A stretch of DNA of 63,919 bases, the filler included, from Sluysia triapertura (taxonomy: Eukaryota), in the NCBI GenBank assembly GCA_046118255.1. It is 5 parts of 5 records of this genome, joined end to end, with 100 filler letters (N's around TTAATTAATTAA, not from the genome) between each part and the next. Parts side by side here need not be neighbours in the genome. Positions count along the whole stretch, not along the records: positions 39,950 to 52,942 come from JBJNIA010066291.1; positions 53,043 to 63,919 come from JBJNIA010192185.1; 3 more parts are not named here. One strand, given 5' to 3'. The position numbers and the translations under genes were made by a program. Positions 51,600-63,750 of the stretch are shown here, one piece after another (the first letter of the stretch is position 1; each line of letters begins with the position of its first letter). The notes below the pieces were generated by a model. It had not been told where the DNA came from, searched no databases, and worked only from the letters and a program-made list of their open reading frames with translations.

Positions 51600-52940
51600 T
51601 CGGACTATCAGTTATACGATATTCTCCGAACTAGTTTGTGTATTTTTGTTATCAAATTGTTTGACTTTCGAACGAGTTATTTTATGATTGACAATCAAAT
51701 CTGTAATATTAACAATTATCAAAACAATTATAATACATGACTCCAAAATAACGAAAATAATATACGGATTGTGGGGCATTGTACACTGCATGGTCGACCT
51801 GTTTTCAGGGCCATTTGCAGTCGTTCTTCCCATTATCCTAAATTGAAACTTACTACGTATTATTGCAGATTTCGTGTAAAAAATTTTTTTGTAAATTTGG
51901 GTAAATAAGTAAACGTAAATGTAACTTTTCTTGGCTCATATCTAACCTTAATTTTTTGGTGTTTATGTCGAAGCAGTTGCTTATTAAAATACTGGGAACG
52001 GCTACATTGTCTAATTATAACAAAGTGATTCTGGTTATACGACTTAATCGGAAATATCAATTTTCTATCTTCAAAAAAGACATCAGTTTTGTTAGCTAAA
52101 ATAATACTATGATTTTATTATTTTATGTCTATGTATATAAATATTAAATCGTTAAAATAATGAACAGAAGTTTCACTTTCTTCTTTAAAATAGCTAAGAG
52201 TTGTGATATTTCGCCACTTTACTATTAATTCTCTATTAGATAATTGTTTGATCTCTACAAAAACAGGTACTCGTAATACTGGATAAGTTATAAGTCTCCT
52301 TCAACACAATCATATTAGCATATACAATTTCAACATCTTAAAATGTATCCGGATCAATCCTGTGCATACATAATTATGGTGCTGTATTTGATATTTAAAT
52401 GAATGTATTCCGTTCATATTTTTGTATATTATAGATACAATATCATATGGGTGATTCTTTATTGAGTCTACTGTGATATGAAATACGCCTGGACTAAAAA
52501 ACAAGTTTTTAATAATTCGTTGTTATTAATGGCTATAACAGAGCTTTGAGATGACATAATTGTTATCTTGCAGCAGTATATAACTATAAACAATACATTT
52601 GCCACAAATAAACCAGGTGAAGATTATTGTAGTTTTGGTCTTATAATTTAAATGTTTAAAGTTACCGTTGTTATTCATACTGTTACAACGGGTTTCATGT
52701 ACATAAAATTTAAAATTACAACACCGGTGCTTAAGGCATTCGAAAATCTCATTATTAAGAATAATATTTGAATAAAGATAATAAGACAAATTTATATTAT
52801 AGGCACATAAAAAAGATTGACAATGCTTGTTAACACATTAAAACATTGAATAAGTCTAATAGTATAAAACTTACATTGTCTATCAACGGTGAGGATATAA
52901 GATATCGTTCCTAAACTTCCATTCTTTCCAACGTTTTGAA
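51600..52940 (-). pseudogene. Decayed paralog of the 520-aa orphan ORF at 62001-63563
   Basis: Fragments 52789-52526, 52504-52310 and 52060-51860 share one frame. Collinear matches: FFSPGVFHITVDSIKNHPYDIV vs FYVPAIYDMMRIIPNQRPFDIL; VIIRQC...KQLLRH vs YIIKDC...LNLLRH; KVRYEPRKVTFTFTY vs KMYTRVRKVTVRIEY. Confidence 0.65.
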
Positions 52941-52942
52941 TA

Positions 52943-53042
52943 NNNNNNNNNNNNNNNNNNNNNNNNNNNNNNNNNNNNNNNNNNNNTTAATTAATTAANN
53001 NNNNNNNNNNNNNNNNNNNNNNNNNNNNNNNNNNNNNNNNNN
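52943..53042. other. Artificial contig spacer
   Basis: N44-TTAATTAATTAA-N44. Confidence 0.97.
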
Positions 53043-53700
53043 AAATTTCCAGATATTTTGGACATTTATGTGAATTAGCTGGATGATTAAAGTCATTATG
53101 ACATTTTACACAATTTATGCACTTGTATGAACAAGTGCATAAATTGTAAATCATATGAACAAGCTTGTATAAAATCTAAACATATATAGCAATGAGACTG
53201 TTTTTATGTGGAAAAACTTGCCTTGCAACAGAATCTATAAGACCATGAAGATTTTTAATTACTTTTAAGGTGATTACCGTATCCGATGAAAAATATTTCG
53301 TGCATTTCATCACATCCAGAAATATAGATATAAATTATACATTTAAAAAGAGTATGGATCATAATCGTAGTTGCGGAAAAACAAACAAATATAATTTTAT
53401 TAAAATGGTAATGAAAAAACGAATAACACAAGCATATAATTGCGATGTAAACGAATATAAAAGTATATGTGAAATAGAAAATTGTCAAGCAAATATTATA
53501 ATACAAAATTAAACAACATACGAATAGAATTAACTGTAGGCGGAAATAAATTAGATAATAGTTAATATAGAACGAAACAAAATATTAATTGGCCATATTG
53601 TAGTTGCTGCAAGGATTTTACTTATTCTTGAAAAAAGATTCTGGAGGTCAGTTCGCCTAATTAGACACGATTTAAATCTGGTCTAAGACGTTCTGATTAG
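53043..53700 (+). mobile_element. Possible RTE-type LINE 3' relic
   Basis: Broken frames end IERNKILIGHIV...KRFWRSVRLIRHDL, resembling the RxLRWxGHVxR...RWxDxIxxDL tail of RTE ORF2. Confidence 0.4.
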
Positions 53701-53857
53701 GATTTTAATAAACTTAACGTAGCAACAAGGTATGATTTTCAATTACGTGCAAAAACTTAAATAATAAAATAGCAATGTTATAATAAAAACAATGTTCAAT
53801 TATGTTAACATGTCACAATGATGTTTGGGGATTGTTTGTCACAAATCCCATTGTTTT

Positions 53858-54016
53858 TGGGTAATTGCGGGAGATAATAAATTGGAAGCCGACGGAAATT
53901 ATCGTCGAAGTTTAATTATTTAAATAGGTCGGCTTATCATCGACTTAAAAGAATGAATAATTATATGAATTAATTTTTTCTGTTTTCCAATTTTTTATCT
54001 CCTCAGCAATTACCCA
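53858..54016. mobile_element. MITE with TTGGGTAATTGC termini; an inverted second copy lies at about 54591-54737
   Basis: TTGGGTAATTGCGGGAGATAA ... TTATCTCCTCAGCAATTACCCAA. The internal sequence aligns in reverse complement with 54591-54737. Confidence 0.75.
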
Positions 54017-54884
54017 ACTACTGTATAAGCAGTCTCATTTTAGTTAAAATTAGAACAAAAAAGATATCTGAATAAGTCAGAAGAATAAGAGTAAACTTCA
54101 CTTCCAATAAGACAGCTGTCCCAAAACATTTGTGATGATCACTGTTTGTGATAATTGATCTTTAGCAATTAACACAGCTTATAAGTTTTAGTACTGTTGT
54201 CTTTATTTAAAAATAACTCAATGGTTAAATTAATACTAAGTCTAAATATATTCTCAATTACCACAATATATTATCAATTATTCTTTTATAACAAATACTT
54301 CAATATGTAAATTCAAAAATTATAAATCACTATCGTACGTACTAAATCTATAAAAATCCAGGGTGACATAACGAGATAAATGTTGACAATAACAATAACG
54401 TAAATTACTAACCCTAACAATAAAACTACGGCTTATAAAGTTTAGTCAGCTGCTGAAGATAAGTCCTCAATAACAGTGCATATCACAAATGTGTTGAGGC
54501 AGCGCTCTTTATGGAGATAAAGTTCTGTAAATAAAGTTTTCTGTTTAATTCATTTATATTGTTCTGTTTTTGTGACAAAAAATGTATCACTTGGGTAATT
54601 GCTTAGCATATTAAAAATTGGAAAAATGGAAATAATTATTCATTTTTTAGTCGATCATAAACCAACCAATTTTAATAATTAAATTCTAATATTAATTTCC
54701 GTCGGTTTTTACTTTATTGTCTCCTGCAATTAATCAAAGATAATGGGATCCGCAATGAACAATCCCCTTATAATTTCAACATAATTAAATCAAAATTTAA
54801 CATCGTTATTACACGAATATATAAAACTAATCAGACTAAATTTATTTTCCATGTAAATAATTTTTAATGGTTATTATATCGTAA

Positions 54885-55125
54885 ATGTAAAATTTTGCTT
54901 CTGCTAAGTCTTTTAAAATTTTATGCGTTATTTCTGAATACTGTTTTATACTTTATGAATTTTGTACATACTTGAAAAACTCTTGTTCCTTACTACGAAC
55001 TTAAACCTCTATGGATTCTTATAATATTCTGAACTTCTCTACTAATGTTATCACTTTATATTAAACTTAACTGGAGGTATGAATTAATATACTCGTCCTT
55101 ATTGTTCAGGATAGAAGTGTTTAAT
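54885..55125 (+). repeat. Interspersed repeat, copy E (homologous to 7085-7345 on the - strand)
   Basis: See copy D. Confidence 0.88.
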
Positions 55126-55419
55126 AATCGACTAATTATTTAACATAACTGTAATTATTTAACAATACCTTTTTAACAATGTACTTTTATTACATTGTTT
55201 TATTTTATTTAAACTATTAATATACTCCTACTATATGCTTCTGATAATAATTTTATTCCACGACTCTATTTTCCACCCCTTACAAGAAAATAAACAAATT
55301 GAAATAAAGTTATTTAATCAATTAAAGAATTAATACAATTTAATTATTACACAATAATACAAATTAAACATATATATTTTATTTTATAATGTTATTATTA
55401 TTAAAGAAAAATAATAATC

Positions 55420-55880
55420 CTACCTTCGATAAATCCCGAACAATTAGTAAATTTCAATTGAAAGTTGGTAACAGCAAATCTCTTCAACTAAATTATTTCG
55501 ATGAATCTTGATCAATAAGCAGCAAATCTTATTCAAATTAAAGTACTTTGATAAATAACAAGCAGCAAATCTTTTAAATTATTTTGATAAATCTCGAACG
55601 ATAAGTCTATCAAAAACTATTTTTTTGTGTTTTTATTGTTCCTTCCTTCCTTATATAGATTTTGCAGATTAATAATAATCCAATAATGTTAATAAATTCA
55701 ATTATTCAATTACGTTAATAAATTCAGCTTGTATTCAAATCCATATATTATAAATTCATATCACATAAATTCAAATTAATTACTTTATATATTACATACA
55801 CAAATTCAAATCCATATATTATAAATTCATACATAAATTCAGCTAATATCATAAATTAATTACTTTATATATTACATACA
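55420..55880. repeat. Imperfect tandem repeats (three CAGCAAATCT-containing units of ~45-50 bp, then a ~70-bp duplication)
   Basis: CAGCAAATCT at about 55472, 55520 and 55563. ATTCAAATCCATATATTATAAATTCATA and TAATTACTTTATATATTACATACA each occur twice. Confidence 0.75.
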
Positions 55881-57653
55881 TTCACAATTACTGTTCATTT
55901 TGTGGACGAATAATAATAATTAATAATAATATTAATATTAATCATTAGAATTATTATTTCTGTTCGAACTTATTTTTGGTTTAATTTATATTAAATCTTA
56001 ATAATTCTTAACTAATATTTTATTAAAAACGAGTTTGTAGCTTATAAATTATTTATTTTTAAAATGAAGAACGTTATGTTTTACTACATATTATAATATT
56101 ACGTTACAGTATTATAATATTACATTATTACATTCATAAGAATCTTTTATACAATGCGTCGCACATCAATTTCAGTATCTTCATGAACATCAATTTAATA
56201 TATACTTTAATTACACTTAAACAACATTACAACATATATAAATTTAATTTTAGGTATGACAATTAAAAAACTAATTTTTACATTTTCTGCGTCGACGTGC
56301 TTGAAACATTTCAACATTAACATTCATCATTACACATTAATTCTAATGTTATTTTATCATATACGGACATTTTTCATTAAATCATTAAATTAAGCAATTT
56401 AATTATATTAATTAACGAATGTACTTTAATATTTTAACAAGTAATACCTTATAAAGTGTTCTTTCTTTGTATCTTTCATTCTTTTATTTTGATTAAAACA
56501 TTTATTCACTTATTCAAGTATTTTATCTTATTTATTTTTTTATTTTAATAATGCGTATTATATTTTATACTAAAATCTATAACCCTTGTGTTCCTCTTCA
56601 GCTTTAACCAAACCCAACAGTACTATTATTGCGTTTTGTTAATTTTGTTTAATATGAGTCTCAACATTTTAAATATTGTGTCACCCATGGATTTTCCTTT
56701 CATTGATTTATAACTCTGAATTTGTATATTGATATTAAAGTATAATCGATAATTTGTCATTTTTGTGATATTTGAAATATATTGAGATTTAGTTGTTGAC
56801 TTATCGTTGATAATGTTGAATAGAGATACAACGTAATGCAATCATTACAACTTTTCCGATCAGTAAAAAAATAAAAATTTTAACCTATTATTGCATGAAC
56901 ACTCATTTATTATCTGAGAATACAATCCCTTCTGTAGCTCACATCTATAAGCAATAATATTTTATTATATAACTTGGGAAAATATTTCCTGATCTGCTAC
57001 ACAAGCTCTGTCACGTTTATTGTTTATCAATATTACATCTGACGTTAATTTGAATTAAAACTTATATTGAATTTAAATCTCGATTTTATTAACATTTTAT
57101 TCATAATAAACTTGTTCTTTTGTTTAATGGGAAATAGAGGATATGATAAAATACTTACAACTTTTAAAAACAGGCTTGAGATAGAATGCTCTCGAATAGA
57201 AGATAGTTTGAGAGAAAAGATTTTAAAATAAACGAAATCTTAAATCGTCTCAGTACAAAAAATTTTGTAAGTACGATTTACTATAAAAATTACTCATAGT
57301 AAATAATGCCACTTCGGTATAAAGATTGTATAAATTTAACATAATGTCAGTTGATTATAGATTGTCATAATAAATGGTGTCATATATAGCATGTTATCAG
57401 TTTCTCTTCAAATAACAAATTTAAACATTTCTTTTCTATTCGGGAATATCATATATCCACATCCTAATTCGTTGTTTCTACAGTAGTTAGGTTTTAACAA
57501 AAATATCTGTTGAATTAAAAAAAATAATCTTATTAAAACTTAAGTGAAGTTATGTAAGAAAATATAAAATATTACTATTAAAAGTAATACGTTTTAAGCA
57601 ATTGAATTTTAAGTAATATTGTTACTACATATTTAAAATTTTGTTATATTCAG

Positions 57654-57955
57654 ATATGATGGATGTTAATGTCAAATCTGGAGATGTCGCACCAGACATT
57701 TCTGATAACAATCATGATTGTTCAAAAATGAATCTGGTTACAGTTGCTGTTGTCGGTATTGGTCATATTAATGGTATTCTAAAATATTGGCCAGAAGCAG
57801 AATTTATAGACAAATGTGAGTTGCGAAAAATCGAAGAACCGCCTTTGACATGGAAAATATTTTCCAAAATAATGAAATTTGCTTGTTTCGCTACTTTAAC
57901 ATGGGTTTGTTATAAAAGTACATTTTTCTTTTATGATTTGATATTTAGAATATAA
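57654..57955 (+). CDS. TRABD: TraB domain-containing protein, terminal exon
   Basis: Acceptor TTCAG| at 57653. VAVVGIGHINGILKYW...EEPP plus a C-terminal hydrophobic anchor matches TRABD (VVGMGHVPGIEKNW...PPP...TM). Stop at 57953-57955. Confidence 0.85.
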
Positions 57956-58599
57956 TTGAATACATGTTCATTGAAGTATCCCATTTAAATAGAGCTTCGA
58001 TTTTTATTGAATTTATTGATTATTTTTCATTCCTTAACTATATTTGTTTTAATATATTAATTTTGACATTGATTGGATTTATATTTTGATGTTCTGAATC
58101 AGACATCAAATTAAAGTAAAGGTTTAAGGCGGCAAATAAATTATTTCAAGTATTAATTTTGTATTTATGTGCTTACTATTAGTATTAAGACAATTTAATC
58201 TTGTAATGAGGCCTTGCGTAAAATCTTCGCCACTAAATTATTATTATTATTAGTATAAGTATAAGTATATCGAATGTTAAATATATAAAATTTTTTAAAT
58301 ATTTGTTATATTGATTTGTGAAACTAATGTGACTGAAAATTATTGTGCACAAATTAATGGGTTCATTAAATTTATCTAACAAATTATAACTAAACCATGA
58401 ATGGTTAAAGTTCTCCATTCTTAATAATTACGTATACGTAAAGCACAAATTATCAATAATTTCATAATAGTAAGAATATTTTGAAGCTCCATTTAATTTA
58501 TATTATATTATATTATACATTATTTTTCAATATTTTTTAATATAAACTTCATTTTATAGTCATAAATTTGAGCTATATGAAATAATTTTTCATTTTGTA

Positions 58600-59680
58600 C
58601 CATTTGATTCTAATGTTTTAAAATCTATTAAACATTTATATGTCTGCACATTTTTTAAATTTTAAATCGATTTAATCTGTGATATCGATAATAGGCTGTG
58701 CTTCGTTATAAACGGTATTACTAACAAATATTGAAAACATATTTCCATTTTTATTAAAAAAATAAAAACATAGAATCTTGACCAATATTTGTCTATGTTT
58801 TCTATCTTAGAATGAAATTCTGATATTATTTTAAGCAAATTATCCATACAAAATAATCTAAATAATTTTTATCTAGTACGTTGGGCAGTTAGAAATATTA
58901 ACACTGGGAAATTGTTATATGTTAGTGTAGCATTTTGATGAAAAGGAAATAATGTACATTTGAGAATTGTTTCAGTCATGATACAATTGAAACAAAAAGT
59001 ATTGTTGAAGAAAATCTCGAGATTTTTGCTTTATTTCTGTAAATAGTTTTTATGATCATTGGTACTAAATCAGAATTTTCACAAAGCCATTTATTGTTCC
59101 TTCAGTTTCCATTTTATCAAATGGCATTTATTTAATATAACTATTGTATTGCCAATTTATATTTTTGTGAACTTTTGTTTTCACATTTCAAGTTCAATCA
59201 AGATAAAATGATAAATTTTATGATCCATGCACATTCATCTTTCTCTAGTACCTAATGCATCTCGTAGTGGTAATGTCGAACACAAAGAAGTCTTATCTTT
59301 TAATATTTAACCCAATATTTTATTAACTTGTGCTAAATGTAAATATTTTCATAATTCTAGCTGAAGTTTATATTGAATATTGTTAAATGATATTGAGCAA
59401 AGGACAATTACGAAATAGAAATATGTTTTTAAAATTATTACAATGCATAATCAAAATAATAATAAACCCAGAAAATTTCTATTGAAAAGATGTGATGATT
59501 CCAGATTAAAGAACATTCCCAGATAATTGCAACTTTAGAAGATTATATTAAATCCTTAGGTTTTCTTGGTTTAAAAATTCTTGTGACATCCGGAATAATA
59601 GAAAATACTGTTTTTTAAACTTATTTTTTTTAAGTAGTAAATTCTGGAAATTTATCATTTTGTTCGCGCATCACACATAA
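58600..59680 (-). mobile_element. hAT-type transposase relic
   Basis: IENIDKYWSR...FQYLLVIP...SISQIKS resembles the hAT C-terminal dimerisation domain, preceded by broken coding-like frames. Confidence 0.5.
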
Positions 59681-60443
59681 TAAATGAATTAAGTATATTT
59701 ATTTTTAATGTATTTAGGTCTAGTAGTAAGCAAAACTAACAAAAACTATCAAATGTTCCAAATTAAGCATTTTGAATTGTCTTACGCTCAATTATTTTAT
59801 ATTTTCTTAATTATTGTCTTTTTATATTTATAGCCTGTTTTTGTATTCTTGCATGTTTATATTTTGTATAGTTTTGTACTTTATATTTCACATTTATAAG
59901 TCAAAAGTAATTATTTCAACCACCAAACTGCTCTCAAATAAATGCAGGTATGTATTTGTATCAGTTTTATTTCATTTGTCAGTCTTGATTTTTGTGAGTA
60001 ATATAATATATTTTACAGATACAAATAATTTAAACTCATTACTGGCCGTTGACGCAGTAATACATCATGTTTTGTCCGAAATCCAGTAGCTGCTGACCTA
60101 GTAGTACGTTTTTTGACAGAATAACTTTGTTTGTGTTGCCATCAAACAGTCGATTACGAATTTTTAGTGGCCAGTTATGAGTTAAGCAATCTCAAGCAAA
60201 AAATTATTTCGTTAAATAAAATTAAATGTCAAATGCAATTTACATGAATTTATAAAAATGTATATTTTTATAGACTGATAAAATCTTTCAATAGGTCTAA
60301 CACAGTATTTTTTATTTAATGTTGGACAAATCAATTAATCTCTGGTTATTTCTTAGTTTATATGCAAAGTAACTAACGATTTTTTCGTTTTCACTACTGC
60401 TGGCTTCATTTAAGTTAAAATTTGCATTTATCTTATGTGATAA

Positions 60444-60706
60444 CAGAGGCGGGCCCCAGGCAACATTGTGATTTCGGGCCTAGTTTTCAGTCATAGCTTT
60501 TAAACACGTGCGTAGTAAAGGCTCGATCGTATTTACACACATTGGCACTTGCAGGCGCGAGCACGGGAATGCTCGTCCACACTTGTCGATTTCATCAATC
60601 AACGATTCGGCATAATTTGGATACCTTTGAATATCACGTTTTTCTGTTAAATAAAAATAAAAATTAATTTTCTTGCCTAGGTTGTCTAAGCTTTAGTTCG
60701 ACCCTG
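60444..60706. mobile_element. hAT-type MITE
   Basis: CAGAGGCGGGCC ... GTTCGACCCTG ends, with 8-bp flanks TGTGATAA/CATGATAA (6 of 8 match) and a GC-richer interior. Confidence 0.6.
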
Positions 60707-60938
60707 CATGATAAATTATATTTGCAACTAAAATAAATACTTTGTCGGTAAAGAAAAAACAATGCCAATTTCTTGTAAAAAATCAGAGTAAATGTGATTT
60801 AAGTAAATTCAGAATTTAAAATGTTGAGCTGATAGACAAATACATTATCATTGCAGAATTTAAAATTTAATTTAGAACTTATATAAAGAAAAAGTAAAAA
60901 AGTAAAAAAAATAAAGGTAAATTTTTAAATATTATTTA

Positions 60939-61063
60939 CAGTAACTACTCTCTTATTCGTCAATTTATTTTTGCAAAAATGAATATAAATAATTGTAATT
61001 TGTAATTTTTTATCTTAAAAGCCACCTTTTTTCATAGTTCTGTTTTGGGCGGATAAGTTACTG
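60939..61063. mobile_element. Degenerate pogo/Tc1-type MITE
   Basis: TA-CAGTAACT ... AGTTACTG-TA. Confidence 0.5.
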
Positions 61064-62000
61064 TATTTATTTTCTTCTTTGATGGCTACATATATTACAT
61101 ACTTTTTTATATTTGTGTTTTATATGCGCCAAATAAGTGACATTATTATATTACACTCAATTAGACTGAATAAATTAGAAAGTAACTTACTTGAATACTA
61201 TTGGTTACAGTACATAATTTATTAAAAGAAATAAATTTACTGTTTCGTAAAACTTATTTCGGGCAGTTTTAATAGCACGTGGAAAGATTGAAAATGTGAT
61301 GAAAGTAGTTCAATTTTGTACACATGTGTACCGATATGTTAAAAGTTAATTATTATTCCCATTCAAAATGTTATTCCAAATATTAATGTATGGACTGTTT
61401 TGAATAATCAGGATTGTATGATATTATTTAGTTATTTTTAGTTCTATATTATAATCAACTGATTTATTTTGTTTACCTGTATAAATTATAAGAGTATTCG
61501 AATTTTTATTATTGAACATTCGGTTACAAATGATTAATAAATTCAATTAATGTTATATATTATAACGATATTTATCACGGTGTGCAATCATGAATAGTTT
61601 TATTAATATATTTATTAATTTATTTTGCCTGTAGATTATTTATGTAACTAATCAAACTATATAAAACAAGATGTAGCTAGACGAATGTGCAAATTACACA
61701 AAATGTAATTTTATTTATAATTTGTACAGGCCTATTATTATAAAATAATATTTATCATATACTTTTTGTGGTTTCGGTCAATGTTTTTGTTTTGTCTGGC
61801 AATAAATATTAATTGTTTATTTTTATTTAGTAGAATAATTAAACAGGTTAATTTTAAAATATGAAAGTAAATGTTTATTAATTAAAAATAATCTTAAGGG
61901 TTTACTCTGAAATTTTTAATAAATAGTTTATATTGACTTTTCAAATATTTCAATAAATTTTATCAATTTAAAGGAAGCGAATTCAATCATTAAAATTTTT

Positions 62001-63551
62001 CTACTTTTCGAGGTTATAGGCTTTGGGGTGTATACGATGTGACCCCATTAAATTTTCACACGATGTAGTGCGTGCAGTCATTAAGAATATGGCTTTAAGA
62101 TTCTTAATTGAGAAAATATTGAAGACATAGGCTGAGGGCGTAAACAAGAACTTAATATGAAATATGATTTTGCAATTATAATTGGTGAAGAGAAGAATAT
62201 CGACGCAGTCAAGTTCACTAGTATATGACTCAGGTCGAATTACTCTGTATTGTAGTGCATTATATTCTATTCTTACCGTCACTTTTCTAACTCTAGTATA
62301 CATCTTAACTTCTCTAATATTTATTTTATTCATTGAATTCTTTATATTTTTTAAATACAAAGAATATCTATAATGATCATAGACAATGTGTCTTAGAAGA
62401 TTTAGGTTATAAATTTTATTTAGTGATGACTGATTGTTTATACTATTACAGTCTTTAATGATATATTTTTTTGTGAATTTTAAAATCTTGAAGTACGCTG
62501 AATAAACACAACACATACGGATATATATTTTAACTAATATTAACATTATTGTAAATTTTAGGCTTCCATATACATATTCTCCTTGTTTCACTTTCCGGAT
62601 CTTAGGACATTCTAAATAATTAAAATTACAATAAATAATAAATTTACAACTAACAAAAACTAATAGGTTAAGATTAATTACACTATGACTAATTGCGAAC
62701 TTGAATAGGTCGTCTGATACGCTCATTTCGGTTGAATAATACATGTTGGCTAAAAGGTAAACAAGCAACTTCATTCCTTTAATATTCCATCTCTTGTAAA
62801 TAATTTTCTTAACGACTAATATTGTGTCTCTATTATTGGTCTTTTTCTTTAAGCGTATACATTTACGATTATTAGGAAGATGTACTAATTGATATAGCAT
62901 TTTACGTATTTCTTTTCCTTTGTTCATCTTAACAAAGCTAACTAACATTAAAACATCATGATAATTATGTAAACTAAAAAATAAAATAGTATAATTGAAT
63001 TCGCACAATATATCAAACGGTCTTTGATTAGGAATAATTCTCATCATGTCATAAATTGCAGGAACATAGAATGTATTGTAACCTTTGATATTGTCAACTA
63101 AATAGTGTACACTATCGTTGTTATTCAATATCGACAGAAAAGACCTACAGATTGTTCTTTTAGCATATATAACAACGTGATGATGTTGTTGTAAATACAT
63201 TTTAACAATTGAATTAACGTCCGTGTTTACTGGATTTATTCTTAATAATAAATGCTTTAAAGACAACTGGCAAATATTAAATTTAGAGAATTCAATTATT
63301 GAAATTGCATCATTAAATAGGACTACGAGATAAATAACACTTGTATTGTGATAATTACACTTTGGTATTGTCGAGACATTTAAATCTTTGACTAATTTTA
63401 AATGCTGGAATTTTGATAGATAAATCACTAATTTGACCATTTGTTGATACACGAGATACTTAGGAACGAATATATTGTTGTTACATGACTTTGTGAACAT
63501 TATTAAAGATAAGTTATTACATTTATTTTGTGTAAACTCTAATTTTGCCAT
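62001..63551 (-). CDS. Intronless orphan ORF (516 aa from the ATG at 63551; 520 aa from the TTG at 63563), family unknown
   Basis: About 1.55 kb without a stop in very AT-rich DNA, with a decayed paralog at 51600-52940. No recognisable domain. Confidence 0.7.
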   Translation of the reverse strand: MAKLEFTQNKCNNLSLIMFTKSCNNNIFVPKYLVYQQMVKLVIYLSKFQHLKLVKDLNVSTIPKCNYHNTSVIYLVVLFNDAISIIEFSKFNICQLSLKHLLLRINPVNTDVNSIVKMYLQQHHHVVIYAKRTICRSFLSILNNNDSVHYLVDNIKGYNTFYVPAIYDMMRIIPNQRPFDILCEFNYTILFFSLHNYHDVLMLVSFVKMNKGKEIRKMLYQLVHLPNNRKCIRLKKKTNNRDTILVVKKIIYKRWNIKGMKLLVYLLANMYYSTEMSVSDDLFKFAISHSVINLNLLVFVSCKFIIYCNFNYLECPKIRKVKQGEYVYGSLKFTIMLILVKIYIRMCCVYSAYFKILKFTKKYIIKDCNSINNQSSLNKIYNLNLLRHIVYDHYRYSLYLKNIKNSMNKINIREVKMYTRVRKVTVRIEYNALQYRVIRPESYTSELDCVDILLFTNYNCKIIFHIKFLFTPSAYVFNIFSIKNLKAIFLMTARTTSCENLMGSHRIHPKAYNLEK

Positions 63552-63698
63552 TTTTTTAGACAAAATTTTTGTAGTACCAATTTTTATCTTTTATTGTGAA
63601 ATCCAAAATTGTTTATTTAACACCCAAAATGATATTAAAAATTGTGTACTGTTAATTGTTGTTAATTTTCAATTCTATTTTTAACTCCAATTGAGTCT

Positions 63699-63750
63699 GC
63701 CCAATCAGAGTATCTCAACAACGATATAATAGATTAGATTCTGATTGGGC
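63699..63750. promoter_or_regulatory. Inverted pair of CCAAT-box motifs upstream of the orphan ORF
   Basis: GCCCAATCAGA (63699-63709) and TCTGATTGGGC (63740-63750) form a perfect 11-bp inverted repeat about 150 bp upstream of the ATG. Confidence 0.5.

Noticed and set aside
55420-55610. Repeat-spacer pattern suggestive of a CRISPR array
   Set aside because: The units are degenerate, the intervening sequences resemble each other, there are no cas genes, and the context is eukaryotic.
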